33,446 nt of DNA from Octopus bimaculoides (taxonomy: Eukaryota). The notes beneath the pieces were generated by a model. It did not search any database. It worked only from the letters and a program-made list of their open reading frames with translations, and was not told where the DNA came from. The position numbers were made by a program, and so were the translations under genes. Position 1 is the first letter of the stretch, and each line of letters opens with the position of its first letter. Where the stretch lies: contig NC_068989.1 in assembly GCF_001194135.2 (NCBI RefSeq), forward strand, positions 28,616,439 through 28,649,884, written 5' to 3'. Below, piece by piece: positions 1 to 11,321 of this stretch.

Positions 1-270
1 AGTGCTTCTCAAACTATCCGATGTAGCGTACCGGCAGTTTTTTTTTCTCTTCAATGTGACAGGTAATATTTCTTAATAATATTAATTTGTACAGAAAACA
101 ATATATATAATGAATATAATAAAAGTTGACAATTTTTTTTATCTTATATTTATTTTGTAAACAAATATTACAATATTACATAAGCATTTTATAAGCATTT
201 TATAACGTTTCTTTATTTTCTATAAATTCGCCGCGTACCGGCAGCTGATGGCTCGCGGTTAAGAAGTATG
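1..270. mobile_element. Degenerate hAT/Charlie-like MITE
   Basis: Starts agtgcttctcaaac and ends with the degenerate inverse gttaagaagtatg. Subterminal gcgtaccggcag occurs near both ends; AT-rich core. Confidence 0.45.
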
Positions 271-489
271 TCACTGCATGGCATCTTGGACAAATGTCAA
301 TTTTATAGCCTCGAATCTACCCACATTCTGTGAGTGAAACTGGATGAATGGGAACTGTACAGAATCCCGACCGATGACTTGTATTTCAAAGGCATTGCTA
401 ATTATGCTAAGGAAACGCGTTTCTGTGGAATATTCAACTTATTTAATGAACATGTAATTCAATTGATTTAACAACTGAATCCCACTATC

Positions 490-648
490 GTAGCTAGAGT
501 GTGTGCTGCCCGGAGCGGCCCTTCATTTTGCCGCCCCCGGATCCCCCACAAAAGATACATATTTTGCCTACAGCAGACCCAAAAGTGGCGCTTCCCCCAT
601 AAAAGTGCTGCCCGGAACGGACCGCCCTTTCCACCTCCCTCTAGCTAC
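490..648. mobile_element. Short MITE with gtagctagag terminal inverted repeat (hAT-Tip100-like)
   Basis: Perfect 10-bp inverted repeat gtagctagag (490-499) / ctctagctac (639-648), an internal direct repeat gtgctgcccgga, and a GC-rich body in AT-rich context. Confidence 0.5.
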
Positions 649-1784
649 CAACCTAGAACCATCTAGTCATCTTCATACACACATACATATATAGAGAGAG
701 AGGGGGGACAGACAGAGACAGAGAGAGAAATACACGCTTATGTACTTACATACACACAATATATACACATATACACACTAACTTTCGGCAAGTTACGTGA
801 AGAGCAAGAAATTACTTGTTAATATGATTCCTTGCTACCTCCTTTTCAGGCTCACTATAGCACGTTACGCGGTTTGCCAGTACGCTCCGTAGCTTGTTAC
901 TATCAAGACATGGAGAGGGTTATAGCCGACTAAACTGACTCCAATATATTACTGATACTTAATTTATTACCGCAAGAGAAATGACTAGTCAAGGTTCTGT
1001 TTTCATCGTTTTTACATGGATTTCTGACTGATTTAAAGAAGACGGGGCTGTTATTTCCAGTAGGCCAAGTAACTATGTAAAAACTTTCACATTTCTAAAT
1101 ATGTGTATGAATCTTAGTAATATGTGAGGCAGACAATGAATGTTAGGTAAATTTTTATAATAATTTAAGTCCACTGTACTAACGTAACTTTCAAGTGAAA
1201 TATTTTAGCCAAAACTTCCTCATACATAAACGTGATAGATAAATTTCAGTGAATTATTTTTATTCGTGATAAAGAATGTTTTTATGATGTTGTTGTGTAC
1301 GGTGAAAAATTTCATAACTTTTGTAAATCAACATAATTTAAGTAGAAAATAATGTATATTATCATACAAACAGTAGAATTAACTGTTTTACTGACTGAAG
1401 GTTCCTATGGAATTATCTACGCTATTTTTCTACCTTATACTTTCGTCTTCCATTCTTACCATCTTTACTTTTGTCCTTTCATCACAGTCTCATCACCATC
1501 ATCATCAGTATCATTTATTGCTGAAATTTTCATGGCCATTTTTTTCTCTATCACTCGAAGGAAAATAAACTTCACTAAAAATAAAGCAATTTCCTCTTAC
1601 GTTGCACATGTCAATTGAATGAATAAATTGCATAAATTTGCAAGGGTTCTTTTTATTTTGTTTCTCCTAATAAATTTCTTGAAAATCATATTGACCTGAA
1701 GATATAGTGTAACGGATTGGCAGTGGGACTAACGGACAAATATGGCTTATAATATAGATTTATTCAACTGCTAAAGTAATGCAT

Positions 1785-1922
1785 TTAATCCAGTGCTGAG
1801 AGTAACACCCAAACAGATCTAAGAATCCTAAATTAGCAATAATTATCATCATGAATAATAATTAATCACCAAAATTTAGAATTCTTATCTATGCTTAGAT
1901 GTTACTCCCAGCACTGGAATAA
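1785..1922. repeat. Long imperfect hairpin, 50-bp arms
   Basis: 1785-1834 aligns without gaps to the reverse complement of 1873-1922 at 41/50 positions. Confidence 0.85.
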
Positions 1923-2480
1923 ACGTTATCTTGGCGCTGGACTAAACGCATTAACACAGCGCCAGTACACCCGCACGATTTTCACTAAGAAAGAAATACT
2001 CGGATTTTTTGCGTGGAATCAAGTACCCTGACCTCCTAATATGCTGCAAACCCTTTATCGGAAGAGCTAATCACCTTTCGAATATCCAGGACGTGACGCG
2101 GCATTCTACCCACTGATACATTATTCGGAGTACTGATCGCAGTCACCTTTCCTTTTCCCTACTGCATTGTGCACTGAGCATTCGGGGGCTTCATCCACAC
2201 TTCGTCTCCAGCCTGTACAGATGCAACCCCTTCCACCTCTGACTGGGAGGGGTGGGGTCCGGTTTCCCCACCCCCTTTTTTTCAGAATAAAAAAATTAAG
2301 GGTTCCCAGCCCACTAATATACTCGATAATAATACCATATCCTATAATAATAACAATGGAGGGATTAATAACTATAACAATAATTCCATTGATCTAGATT
2401 CTTCTACATCCTCACATAACATATCCTCCAACAATAATGCCTCATCCACCACAGGGCACAACCCCCAAGTCTCATCTACT

Positions 2481-2934
2481 TGTAACTGTCGCTCCGGGAC
2501 AATCTGCCCGCTACAAACGCATTGCGTAAGATATAACGTAATATATAAATGCACTGTAAGAAATCTATTACATAACTCTACAGCTACATACATAGGTGCA
2601 ACTAAAAACTTCAAACAACGCTACGCAGCCCATTTGCACTCTTTTAGATATGACAAACAGTAAATCTACAAAACTAGCCAACCACATTCATCACTTCAAA
2701 AGCACAAATACCCAGTATACTTTAAAATGGTCCATCCTGGACTCTGGAATTCCATACCAGGGCCAGCGCTCTAATTGCAAGCTTTGCTTAAAGGATGCGT
2801 TCCATATTTTAAAATACAATTCTCCCACTCTACTTAATCGATATAACGAAGCGCTTAGCACTTGCAATCACCGTTTTTTCCATAAATTTAAATTCTATCA
2901 CAGACACAAATGCACAAATGACCACACAACATAA
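2481..2934 (+). pseudogene. Penelope-like GIY-YIG endonuclease, frameshifted
   Basis: CNCRSGTICPLQTHC-VRYNVIYKCTV...TYIGATKNFKQRYAAHLHSF, a frameshift near 2655, then STKLANHIHHFK...LKWSIL...CKLCLKDAFHIL...LLNRYNEALSTCNH. Confidence 0.85.
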
Positions 2935-3749
2935 TCACACTACTCCCTATAGGCAGCCTATTCGACCTAGCAAACTGGTCCCCCTTCTACTTTCTTTAGA
3001 ATAGATTTATTTCATTTTAGATCCTATCACTGCTAAATATTCTTCCTAATTTACTTCCTTTATACTTCCTTACCACTAACACCACCACCACCTGAAGGCC
3101 CCCTATTGATAACCACAATCAACTCTAGGTAGCATCTGATCCCCCTTCTACCTTCCTCAAATTAGGTTTAGCTCTATTTTTAGAACATATTACTACCAAT
3201 TCTATTCTCTTCTATTTTCCTTAATACTGTTTTTAGAATGTCACCTACACCCTCACCACTTATAGCCTGACCATTTACACATATAAATACCTCTCCACAT
3301 TACCTCCTCACATTCCTTCTTCCTTACTAAACTTGTGCCTCCACCTCCTCATTCTTCCTTTTACTCCCTATACTTTTCTCTCTGTCCTGTTGATTAACTG
3401 ACCATACAACAGCTCACTACTATTCCTCACTTGAATTACTTCTTTCTCCCCTATCCTTTCTGTCTTAAGACTTGACCTCTTTAACCTACATACATCTCTC
3501 ACTTGATTTGGACTATCCTTTTAGTAAACAACGCACAGTATACTCCGGGCACGATATGACATATATCCACCTTTGCTACTACAATTATCTCCGGAAAATA
3601 CCCACAAGGATTATTTACATGGATGTTTACTACTGGAATGAAACTACACTACAAGTACTGTTTCTTCTTTCTTTTTTCAGCGCATCACTCTCACTTTCTA
3701 CTACAACTCTCCTCTTATAGATGTAATAATCCATTCCTCTACTATTTCT

Positions 3750-3798
3750 GTCTCCGATGAAGGGATACATTGGATTTTCCCTGAAACAGCTGTAAGAC
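3750..3798 (+). ncRNA. Minimal type I hammerhead ribozyme
   Basis: GUCU-CCGAUGA-AGGGA(12-nt loop)UCCCU-GAAA-CAGCUG-UA/AGAC. Stem I 4 bp, stem II 5 bp, palindromic stem III, GUA cleavage triplet; the only core change is U4C. Confidence 0.8.
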
Positions 3799-3873
3799 TT
3801 TATCCATAAAATATACTGCTAACTTTGCCATTGTCCTCTTTATCCTTTTCTCTCTTTATACATACACACGCTA

Positions 3874-4185
3874 NNNNNNNNNNNNNNNNNNNNNNNNNNN
3901 NNNNNNNNNNNNNNNNNNNNNNNNNNNNNNNNNNNNNNNNNNNNNNNNNNNNNNNNNNNNNNNNNNNNNNNNNNNNNNNNNNNNNNNNNNNNNNNNNNNN
4001 NNNNNNNNNNNNNNNNNNNNNNNNNNNNNNNNNNNNNNNNNNNNNNNNNNNNNNNNNNNNNNNNNNNNNNNNNNNNNNNNNNNNNNNNNNNNNNNNNNNN
4101 NNNNNNNNNNNNNNNNNNNNNNNNNNNNNNNNNNNNNNNNNNNNNNNNNNNNNNNNNNNNNNNNNNNNNNNNNNNNNNNNNNNNN
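3874..4185. other. Assembly gap
   Basis: 312 N. Confidence 1.
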
Positions 4186-4473
4186 TATATATATTAATGT
4201 TAGGGAATTACAAAATCCGAACTTGCAAGGAAATACAATTTGATAATATCAAATCGAGTTGTATATTGAAAAGTATTTTAATAATTTAGAGAAGAACCAC
4301 CATGGTGCAACTCGCACGAAGAAGGAGATCAGACAACATCAAGAAAAGTGTACTATACAAAAGTAGTTTTAAAATCTAAAAAATCCAAGGGAGAATTTAT
4401 AATACATAAAATCTATGAAATATTGGACTAAGAATTAAAATTGGTTACGTTTAAGAAACGAAAGTGGGAGAAA

Positions 4474-4506
4474 GACTACGCGCGTTTCATGGCCACACAA
4501 CAGTGG
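4474..4506 (-). ncRNA. Degenerate hammerhead-like motif
   Basis: Minus strand CCA-CUGUUGU-GUGGCCAU-GAAAC-GCGC-GUA-GUC. The GAAAC/GCGC/GUA half is typical, but the core has two substitutions and stem I does not pair. Confidence 0.4.
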
Positions 4507-4921
4507 GAAATATCTGGTCAATCTATAATGAATCGAACAAGATAGATATCACCCAATATGAGGACACTCTTCAGGTCCGGTAACTTCAAAAAACGTATCT
4601 TAAATTTTAAAATGCATAACATAAGAAAAGTATAAAAATCTGTCCGTTTAAGCAACATTTAGTACAAAGGAAATTGTCAAGGTTTTATAATAAAACGCAT
4701 CAAATAGCAATAAATATCTGTCAAATTTAAGGCATAAAACGTCAGTTGGGGAGATGATATTTGTAGATAAGGAAAAGGAAACATATATAACGAAAGTGTA
4801 ATTAGCTAGTAAAGGGGAAAAACGTGCAAGAATATAAGGAAAAAAAGCCACATCACTTAACCTAACGAGGAAACTGGGTTGACTGAGGTACTATCCAAAG
4901 CAAAGAAATATATACTATGTG

Positions 4922-5059
4922 TATCACGTGACAAAATGGCGCCCACCACGTGATCACAAATGTCAAACTGACGTAAAGAACTAAAACACGTGAGACACGA
5001 GACAGCATGACGTGGAAGGAGAAAAGGGAAGAAAACTAAGACGAAATGATATGGTAAGT
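4922..5059. promoter_or_regulatory. Dense E-box/YY1/CRE motif cluster followed by a GTAAGT donor
   Basis: CACGTG at 4925, 4947, 4987; AAAATGGCG at 4933; TGACGT at 4969, 5008; ATG|gtaagt at 5051-5059. Confidence 0.4.
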
Positions 5060-5649
5060 GCGTAGACCTGAAATCAAACAATATTATGCTGCTATGTAGA
5101 AGAGTATAAGAAAAAATAGTGAAATGAGTGATGGCAGCCATCCTCGGAAGTCATATATCTTAATCTTTGGCATTCCCAAACCTTAATATGTAATGCCCCT
5201 ACGTCACAAATATTTGACTAAGACTCTACAAAGATCTATATCATATCCTGTGATAGTCACAATAAATATAATTATTCATAGTCTTCTCTCTTAATTTGTG
5301 ACTTTCCTCGTCAAATATCATCGTCTATGAAAGCCACAGGCCCGCATGTCATAATTTCATTTGTACCACTCCAAAGTCGTATATCTTATTTTGTGACATC
5401 TACATCATTTATTTCAATCTGTAACATTCCCAAATCATAACTTGATTTATAATAATCCCCCAAGGAACGCTGTGTGGGACCGGCGTTTTCTCAGCGAGTC
5501 GTAAAGGATGACTAATAGAGATTCAAGTAAGACTTGCACTCCGAACTAATAAAGCCCACATCAGCAACGACTATTCAAACTGACCCAGCAACTCCTCTCC
5601 TCCGAGGAAGTACCGTGACTGCCTAGAAGACACGTCTTATGAAGAGGTT

Positions 5650-8567
5650 TGGAGCAAAGTCGCCAAGAACAACCAAGAGCAAAGTCACCTAATCGGGAGG
5701 ACCCTCAAGGATATGTTGGGTTGGAGTATTGTTGCCCGAGTGACGCAAAGGTGTCATCCGCCAGGAGTGAGAAATGTCGGTTCAACCTGAGAAAACCTAT
5801 TCTAGTACGGACCTGGTATGTTCTCTCTGAAGGGTGACTCACTGATGTCTTTGGAACTCAACCGTTTAAGAGTCGCTGTATTGGCCCTATGGGAGTATGT
5901 CGGCCAGGGAATTCTCTTACATAGTGAATTTTCAAACAGCGCCAATCTAGATTCTCTGATGGTTGGCATGCTGTATGGACAGGGTAGCAGTTACAGTAGC
6001 CGACAGTCTAGTTCCAATGATATTAGATATAACACCTGTCAACAAGTTTTGGTTGCAGAGTATTCTCTGACTGATGTGAATGACAGCTCAGTGGGGAAAA
6101 CATTCTGCGTCCACCTAAGTAACTATTACAGAGAGTAGCCCCAACAAAGACATGTCTGTGATCATGGGAGATTTTAACGCCTCTACTGAGGTTGGTGGAA
6201 CAAGATATGAGAGCTTTGACAGCACTTTTTGGTCCAGTACTAGGAACGGAAGTGGTATAGTGCTCATGGACTTTGCCAAACGTCACAGATTTCGCATTGC
6301 TGGCTCCTAGTACCAACGTTCTGAGCTGTATCGCTTGATTTGATATTCCAGTACTGATCGTATGGCAAAGGAGATCGAATGCGTGGTTGTAGATGGCCAC
6401 TGGACAGTCCTACAGAACTGTCGGGTTTTTCGGAATGTTACCTTCATGGGTTGAGTTGAGATTACCACCGAATTCTAAAAGATTTAAGGCAGAATTCTAA
6501 GAGATTGTCGACAGATTCAAAGACAACAGTGTAAGCATGACTTATTCGCGTCAGTTTGGATCTGTGCTACCTGGGGCTGATTCCTCGACTAGACCTGTGG
6601 AATGTCGAAAACTTTGTGATACCCAGCTGTTGACTGCAAGATGCATTGGTTTCCAAAAACGGGCCAGGAAATGTTTCCTTTCCAGGGAAATCCTCGCATT
6701 GGTGGAATGCAGTCGCAGGGCGAAGTTGGATGGAGTCCTTGGTTATTTGCTTCGGGCGACTGAGATGTAGGGTAGTTAGAGCACTGAGATCTGACAAGGA
6801 AAAGAATGTCCGATGAATTTGTGAGGATGTCGAGTGTTGGCTTCAGACTTGTGACTCAAGTACTGCCTACAGAAGAATCGTTATGTTTAGGGGGAAATCA
6901 CAGCCCTCTCTCGGTGTTCTGAAGTCTTATACTTTAATGAAGCGCTCCTGTCGAAGGATCCCAAGCTGGTCGCTAACAAGGGATAATACTTTAAGGAGTT
7001 GTAGGAGTTGAGCCTACCTAGTACTAGTCTGAATATCCGATGCCTTCAGTACTGGTGACCGACCTGCCAGTCAAATGTGATCCGCTGTCCGAAGACGAGA
7101 TTCGTATTGTGGTAAATCAGCTGAAAGGTGGAAAAACAGATGATATTTGTGGCGGACCTTTTTGTTTTTGTGGAAGATCATCTGCCCAATCTGGAGCAAT
7201 GGTATCATATCCTTTGACTGAAAGGGGTCATAATTATCCCTCCCTGGAAAAGAAAAGATGGCCGCCACGACCCACGGCAGTAACAACTACAGGGCAGTTA
7301 CACTCCTCTCAGTGCCCGGTAAGATCTTTGCCAGGGCTATTCTAACCAGAGTGCAAAATCATCTGCTTGTTTCTCAGCAGCCGAAGGAGAGATCATACCA
7401 AAGAAGTCGACTACTGGCAGGATCCTGGATCTCCAAGTACTCATCAAAGTTGGAGGTTTTGGCGCAGGCTGCTTGTAGCTTATGTCGACCTCCGCAAGAC
7501 ATTTGATTCGGTAGACGAGGATGTGCTCTGAAGGGTTCTGGAGCCGCGATGTATATCTCCCTGATTGATTAGGTTCATAGTGGCCTTGTATACTGTAGTA
7601 GTGAGCGCAGTTCGGATTTTGGGTTCAACATCTTACTTTTTCCCAGTTAGATCTGTCAGGGCTCTGTTTTGGTTCCCACATTGTTCAATGTCTGCATGAA
7701 CTGGATACATAACCAGATGGTGACCTGGTCAGGTAGTGGTACAGTCATTGGTGAAACTAGGATTACTGACCTGGATTTTGTTGACAATGCCTTTATTCTT
7801 GCTGAATCTCTGGATGTCTTAAGAAGCGCACTTCTTTCACTGAATGAGGAAGAGGAACTACGAGGCCTCAGAGTCTCTTTGGCCAATACAAAGACCCTGT
7901 CTTTCATCGGATTCCTGGGGGACTCCATCTCGTCTCTGTCGTGGGTGAGAATGTTGAAGTTGTTGACTGCTTCACATATTTCGGTATTAGTTACGTGTCC
8001 AAAGTTTCAAAACTACTTGGACATGCTGGTGCAGTTGTGGACTCATTGGACAAAGGTGTTTGGCGCTACTGATATCTGAGCAGGAGGACAAAGGTTCGTA
8101 TCTTCAGATCACTGGTCCTCCCTGTCTTGCACTATGGTTGCGAGATTTAGATACTGTCTGAGTCCCTTTGGAGTCGCTTGAACTCCTTTGGTACCAGGAT
8201 GCTTTACAGAATTATGGGTTGCCATTAGTCGGATTTCGTATCCCATCAACGATTCCACTCAGAAACTGGAATACGTCCTGTTATGTGATTCAGAAGCATC
8301 GGCTCAGACTGTTAGGTTGTGTTTCTCAATTTTCCGAGTTAGATCCTGTGTACCATGATTTCTTCTCTGAGGATCTGGCTGGGGTGATGGCTAGAGTTGG
8401 TCGGTTACATGCCACATAGTCATGGCGGATGAGAAAGTATCTCACGAATATGGGGACTGACCGGGACACTTTTCGGAAGATTGCCCGGGACGACCTGAGC
8501 AAATACCGACAAATAGTAGATGCAGCGATGCGCTGCAACGGCGCATGCCCCCGTGCCTGACCTGACC
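5650..8567 (+). mobile_element. Near full-length decayed RTE-clade LINE
   Basis: APE motifs (RTWYVLSL..LELNRLRVAVLAL, GDFNAST, KEIECVVVDGHWTVLQNCRVFR) and RT motifs (NNYRAVTLLSVPGKIFAR, AYVDLRKTFDSV, QGSVLVPTLFNVCM, TDLDFVDN). Many stops and frameshifts; ends in a (cctga)2 tail. The 5' UTR may extend to about 5470. Confidence 0.9.
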
Positions 8568-8984
8568 CCAAATCAAATATCTTAATGTCACATACCTGAA
8601 TCATGTTTTAATCTGTGGCAATTAATTTCATTTTAGAAGTTTCAAAAATTTCATTCATATCTTATCAATGTTCTGATAAAATTATGTTAATGAAAGCGGT
8701 ACTACTGTTAATGATGAGGGTGATAATGATGCTGAGGAAGAGGAGGACAAAGAGGGGAGATGATGATGATGATGATGATAGCTAATTCTTACATATGCAT
8801 TAAAAAAATCATCCCAAATTTGGCACCAACCAAATAGCGAACCTGCATCACAGATGTCATCTTACAGAAGCTTTTCACCTTATAGAGGCGTTGATTTTTA
8901 TAACTGCTTCTTGTTTAAATGATAATTCAGACAATTTAAGGAAAGACAAAATTATTTAGTTAATAGTCAACCAGGGGATCTTTC

Positions 8985-9230
8985 CAGATCGAGGGATTGT
9001 TTCTTCGCATCGAGAAGTCACACCTCCCGTGCTACAGACACGTGATTAGAATATCGCAGGAAAGAATCTTCAAGCCGAGTCGACCAGCTAGGTCAAGAAA
9101 GAAATGATTGGGTAATATCCATAGTCTCAGTTGATCACACTTGGGAACGCAGCCGGAAGGTATAATAACGGTTGCTTCTGATAGAACCCTATGGAGAAGG
9201 CTCCACCGCCTCGACCCTCCCAGAAATAGT
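8985..9230 (+). mobile_element. 3' terminal fragment of an RTE-type LINE
   Basis: Translates to IEGLFLRIEKSHLPCYRHVIRISQER...SRKK*LGNI...VASDRTLWRRL, the decayed C-terminal LRWxGHVxRM...GRPR...A.DR..WR segment. Confidence 0.65.
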
Positions 9231-9346
9231 GGATGGTACTGAAACTGGATGGATGGTACTGAAACTGGATGGATGGTACTGAAACTGGATGGATGGTACT
9301 GAAACTGGAGGGATGGTACTGAAACTGAAGGGATGGTACTGAAACT
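9231..9346 (+). repeat. 20-bp minisatellite (ggatggtactgaaactggat) x about 5.8
   Basis: Three identical units, two units varying in the last 4 nt (ggag, gaag) and one partial unit. Confidence 0.97.
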
Positions 9347-10597
9347 TAAATCATTTCCACGTGTTTTCCCAACGAAAGATTTTAAACAAAATGAAAGGAT
9401 TCCTCATTCACGTTGAATGGTCACTTGAGGGATGCTATTTATGGCTCCGTATCAGCTCTCTTCAGCCAACTTATATCAAAAGAGTTCTAGCCATAACTGT
9501 TCTTTTTTTTATATATATTTTTTATACAAAGTGTATCAAGGATTACATTATTCCATGTGGCGCTCCTTTTAAGATACTAAAGTGTGATTTGAAAGAAATG
9601 TGCTGCAAAATCTATTTACATGTTGAGGGTGTCGCGTTGGCTTAGGATCTATATTCTATCGTTAGCAGGGAATCGACCTCAAAGCAATTACAATCATAAC
9701 AAAACATAGTTATATACATATAGTAAATTACTCTCATGCACTGAGATGCAAACGTCATTAAGTTCATTTCTGTTTGTCCAATGACCTCGTAGTAGAATTG
9801 TTTTAAAGCAATATTGTTTATAACAGAGGGAAGAATACTTGCAGCCTTCTGAAATAAACAGCAATGTTTGAGGGAAAATCTTTGTTTAGATTTATTTAAA
9901 TTTTATTCTATTTATCTCAATATTGTTGTGACTAATTGCAAAAAAACATCTATTTATATTTCTCTATTTGCTCTTGTAAGTACTAGTTTAAACTAATTAT
10001 AATTGTGTTTGAAAGGCAAAAATCTAAAGAAGTTTTCGAAAAATAAACCTTTTAAGTTACTATGGAGATGCTTCTTCCGAAACTTTATCTTTTTTTGACA
10101 GAATAATAAATTTATCAGTGTAACTTTTTTTAATGGGATCTTGTCAAATGGTAACTAATTTCAATGAGTTCTTCCCACGCATAAAAGATTTTTCATCTCT
10201 TGTAGAAACCTTTCATTTAAATAAACGTTGCAACATGCCAGGGCGTAAGAGAGAATTACTCCGTATATTATGTGGTTGAAGTCATATTTAATGTTGGCAA
10301 TATTTGCCATCTCCTTTTCTAAACTTAACAGAAATTTTGAAACTAGAGCTAACTCCGGAGCCAGAAAACAAAAGATTTAGTTTGAGCTGTAAGAACTAAT
10401 GAGATTCGAAACGATATTCTGCATCATGGTCGTATGTTTTCATCAGCTTAAATCTATATCCATATAATCTATTCGGTGAGACAACTTTTGGTCTTTTACG
10501 TCACTCACCCACGCCTTTTGTTACCATATTTCTATTGAAACACTCTGCCTTCCAGTTTCTGTTTTAGAAACTTTATTCCCACCAGCGAGCATTGTAT

Positions 10598-11321
10598 GTT
10601 GCTGATGTCATAAGAATTTCGAGAACTTTCGAGAGAACGCGAAATAAAAATCTTTTGTTTGGAACAGTGGATCTCGAAGCACACAAAGCTATAAATAACA
10701 GTATGTAAATATTGTCGATAAATCTTCTAGGATAGAAAAGGTTTGGACAGCCTTCAGTTTTTTCTATACGAAAGGATTGGCGCTACTTTGGCGTGTGATC
10801 TACAAGGGAGATTACTTTAGATTACTCTTTAAATTATTTTGTACATACTAAGCATTGTAATGTATTTTTTCAAGATTCTTACTATTTTATTAAGAAAACC
10901 ATATAATAATTAAGATAAGTGCGTAGATCACTCACCAAAGTAAATTTGCTCACGTAGGTCACCCAGAAAGTAGCACTAACACAAAGAAAGCTAAAAAGTA
11001 ACCTAAAGTAATCTCCCTTTAAATTGTAGATCATACGCCAAAGTTTCTTGTAAAAATGCAATTGCCTTCGTCTCATCGCTGATCACATTGTAAAAATCTT
11101 TAGCCAACATTTTACGGGTTTTTAGAAATTGAAAAGTAAACTAAAAAGTAATCTAAAGTAATATCCCTTGTAGATCACACGCCAAAGTAGCACCAAAGGG
11201 CTTTTCAACCCAATATTTACATGTTGCTTTTTATAGCTTTATGTGCTTCAAGATCCATTGTTCCAAAATGAATTATTTCATGTTCTCTCGAAAGTTTATA
11301 AAACTATATGATGCCAACAAC
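10598..11321. mobile_element. Foldback/MITE-like element with long inverted arms
   Basis: 10598-10835 matches the reverse complement of about 11140-11321 (e.g. gctactttggcgtgtgatctacaaggga..ttactttagattact). A third partial arm copy lies at about 10990-11045. Confidence 0.8.

Larger units (their letters stand above)
2330..3840 (+). mobile_element. 5'-truncated Penelope-like retroelement (endonuclease, 3' UTR/pseudo-LTR)
   Basis: GIY-YIG coding remnant at 2481-2934, then a C/T-rich 3' region carrying a hammerhead motif at 3750-3798, which is the usual PLE layout. Confidence 0.8.

Noticed and set aside
849-932. ttttcag acceptor followed by a short open frame
   Set aside because: Ends in a stop after 27 codons, has no recognisable homology or clear donor, and runs into SINE-like sequence.
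5429-8575. cccaaatca at both sides of the large RTE as a TSD
   Set aside because: Only 9 bp, AT/C-rich, and the element's 5' boundary is undefined, so it could be chance.
9231-9346. Regular repeat array as a possible CRISPR
   Set aside because: Head-to-tail 20-bp units with no unique spacers, in a eukaryotic context with no cas genes.
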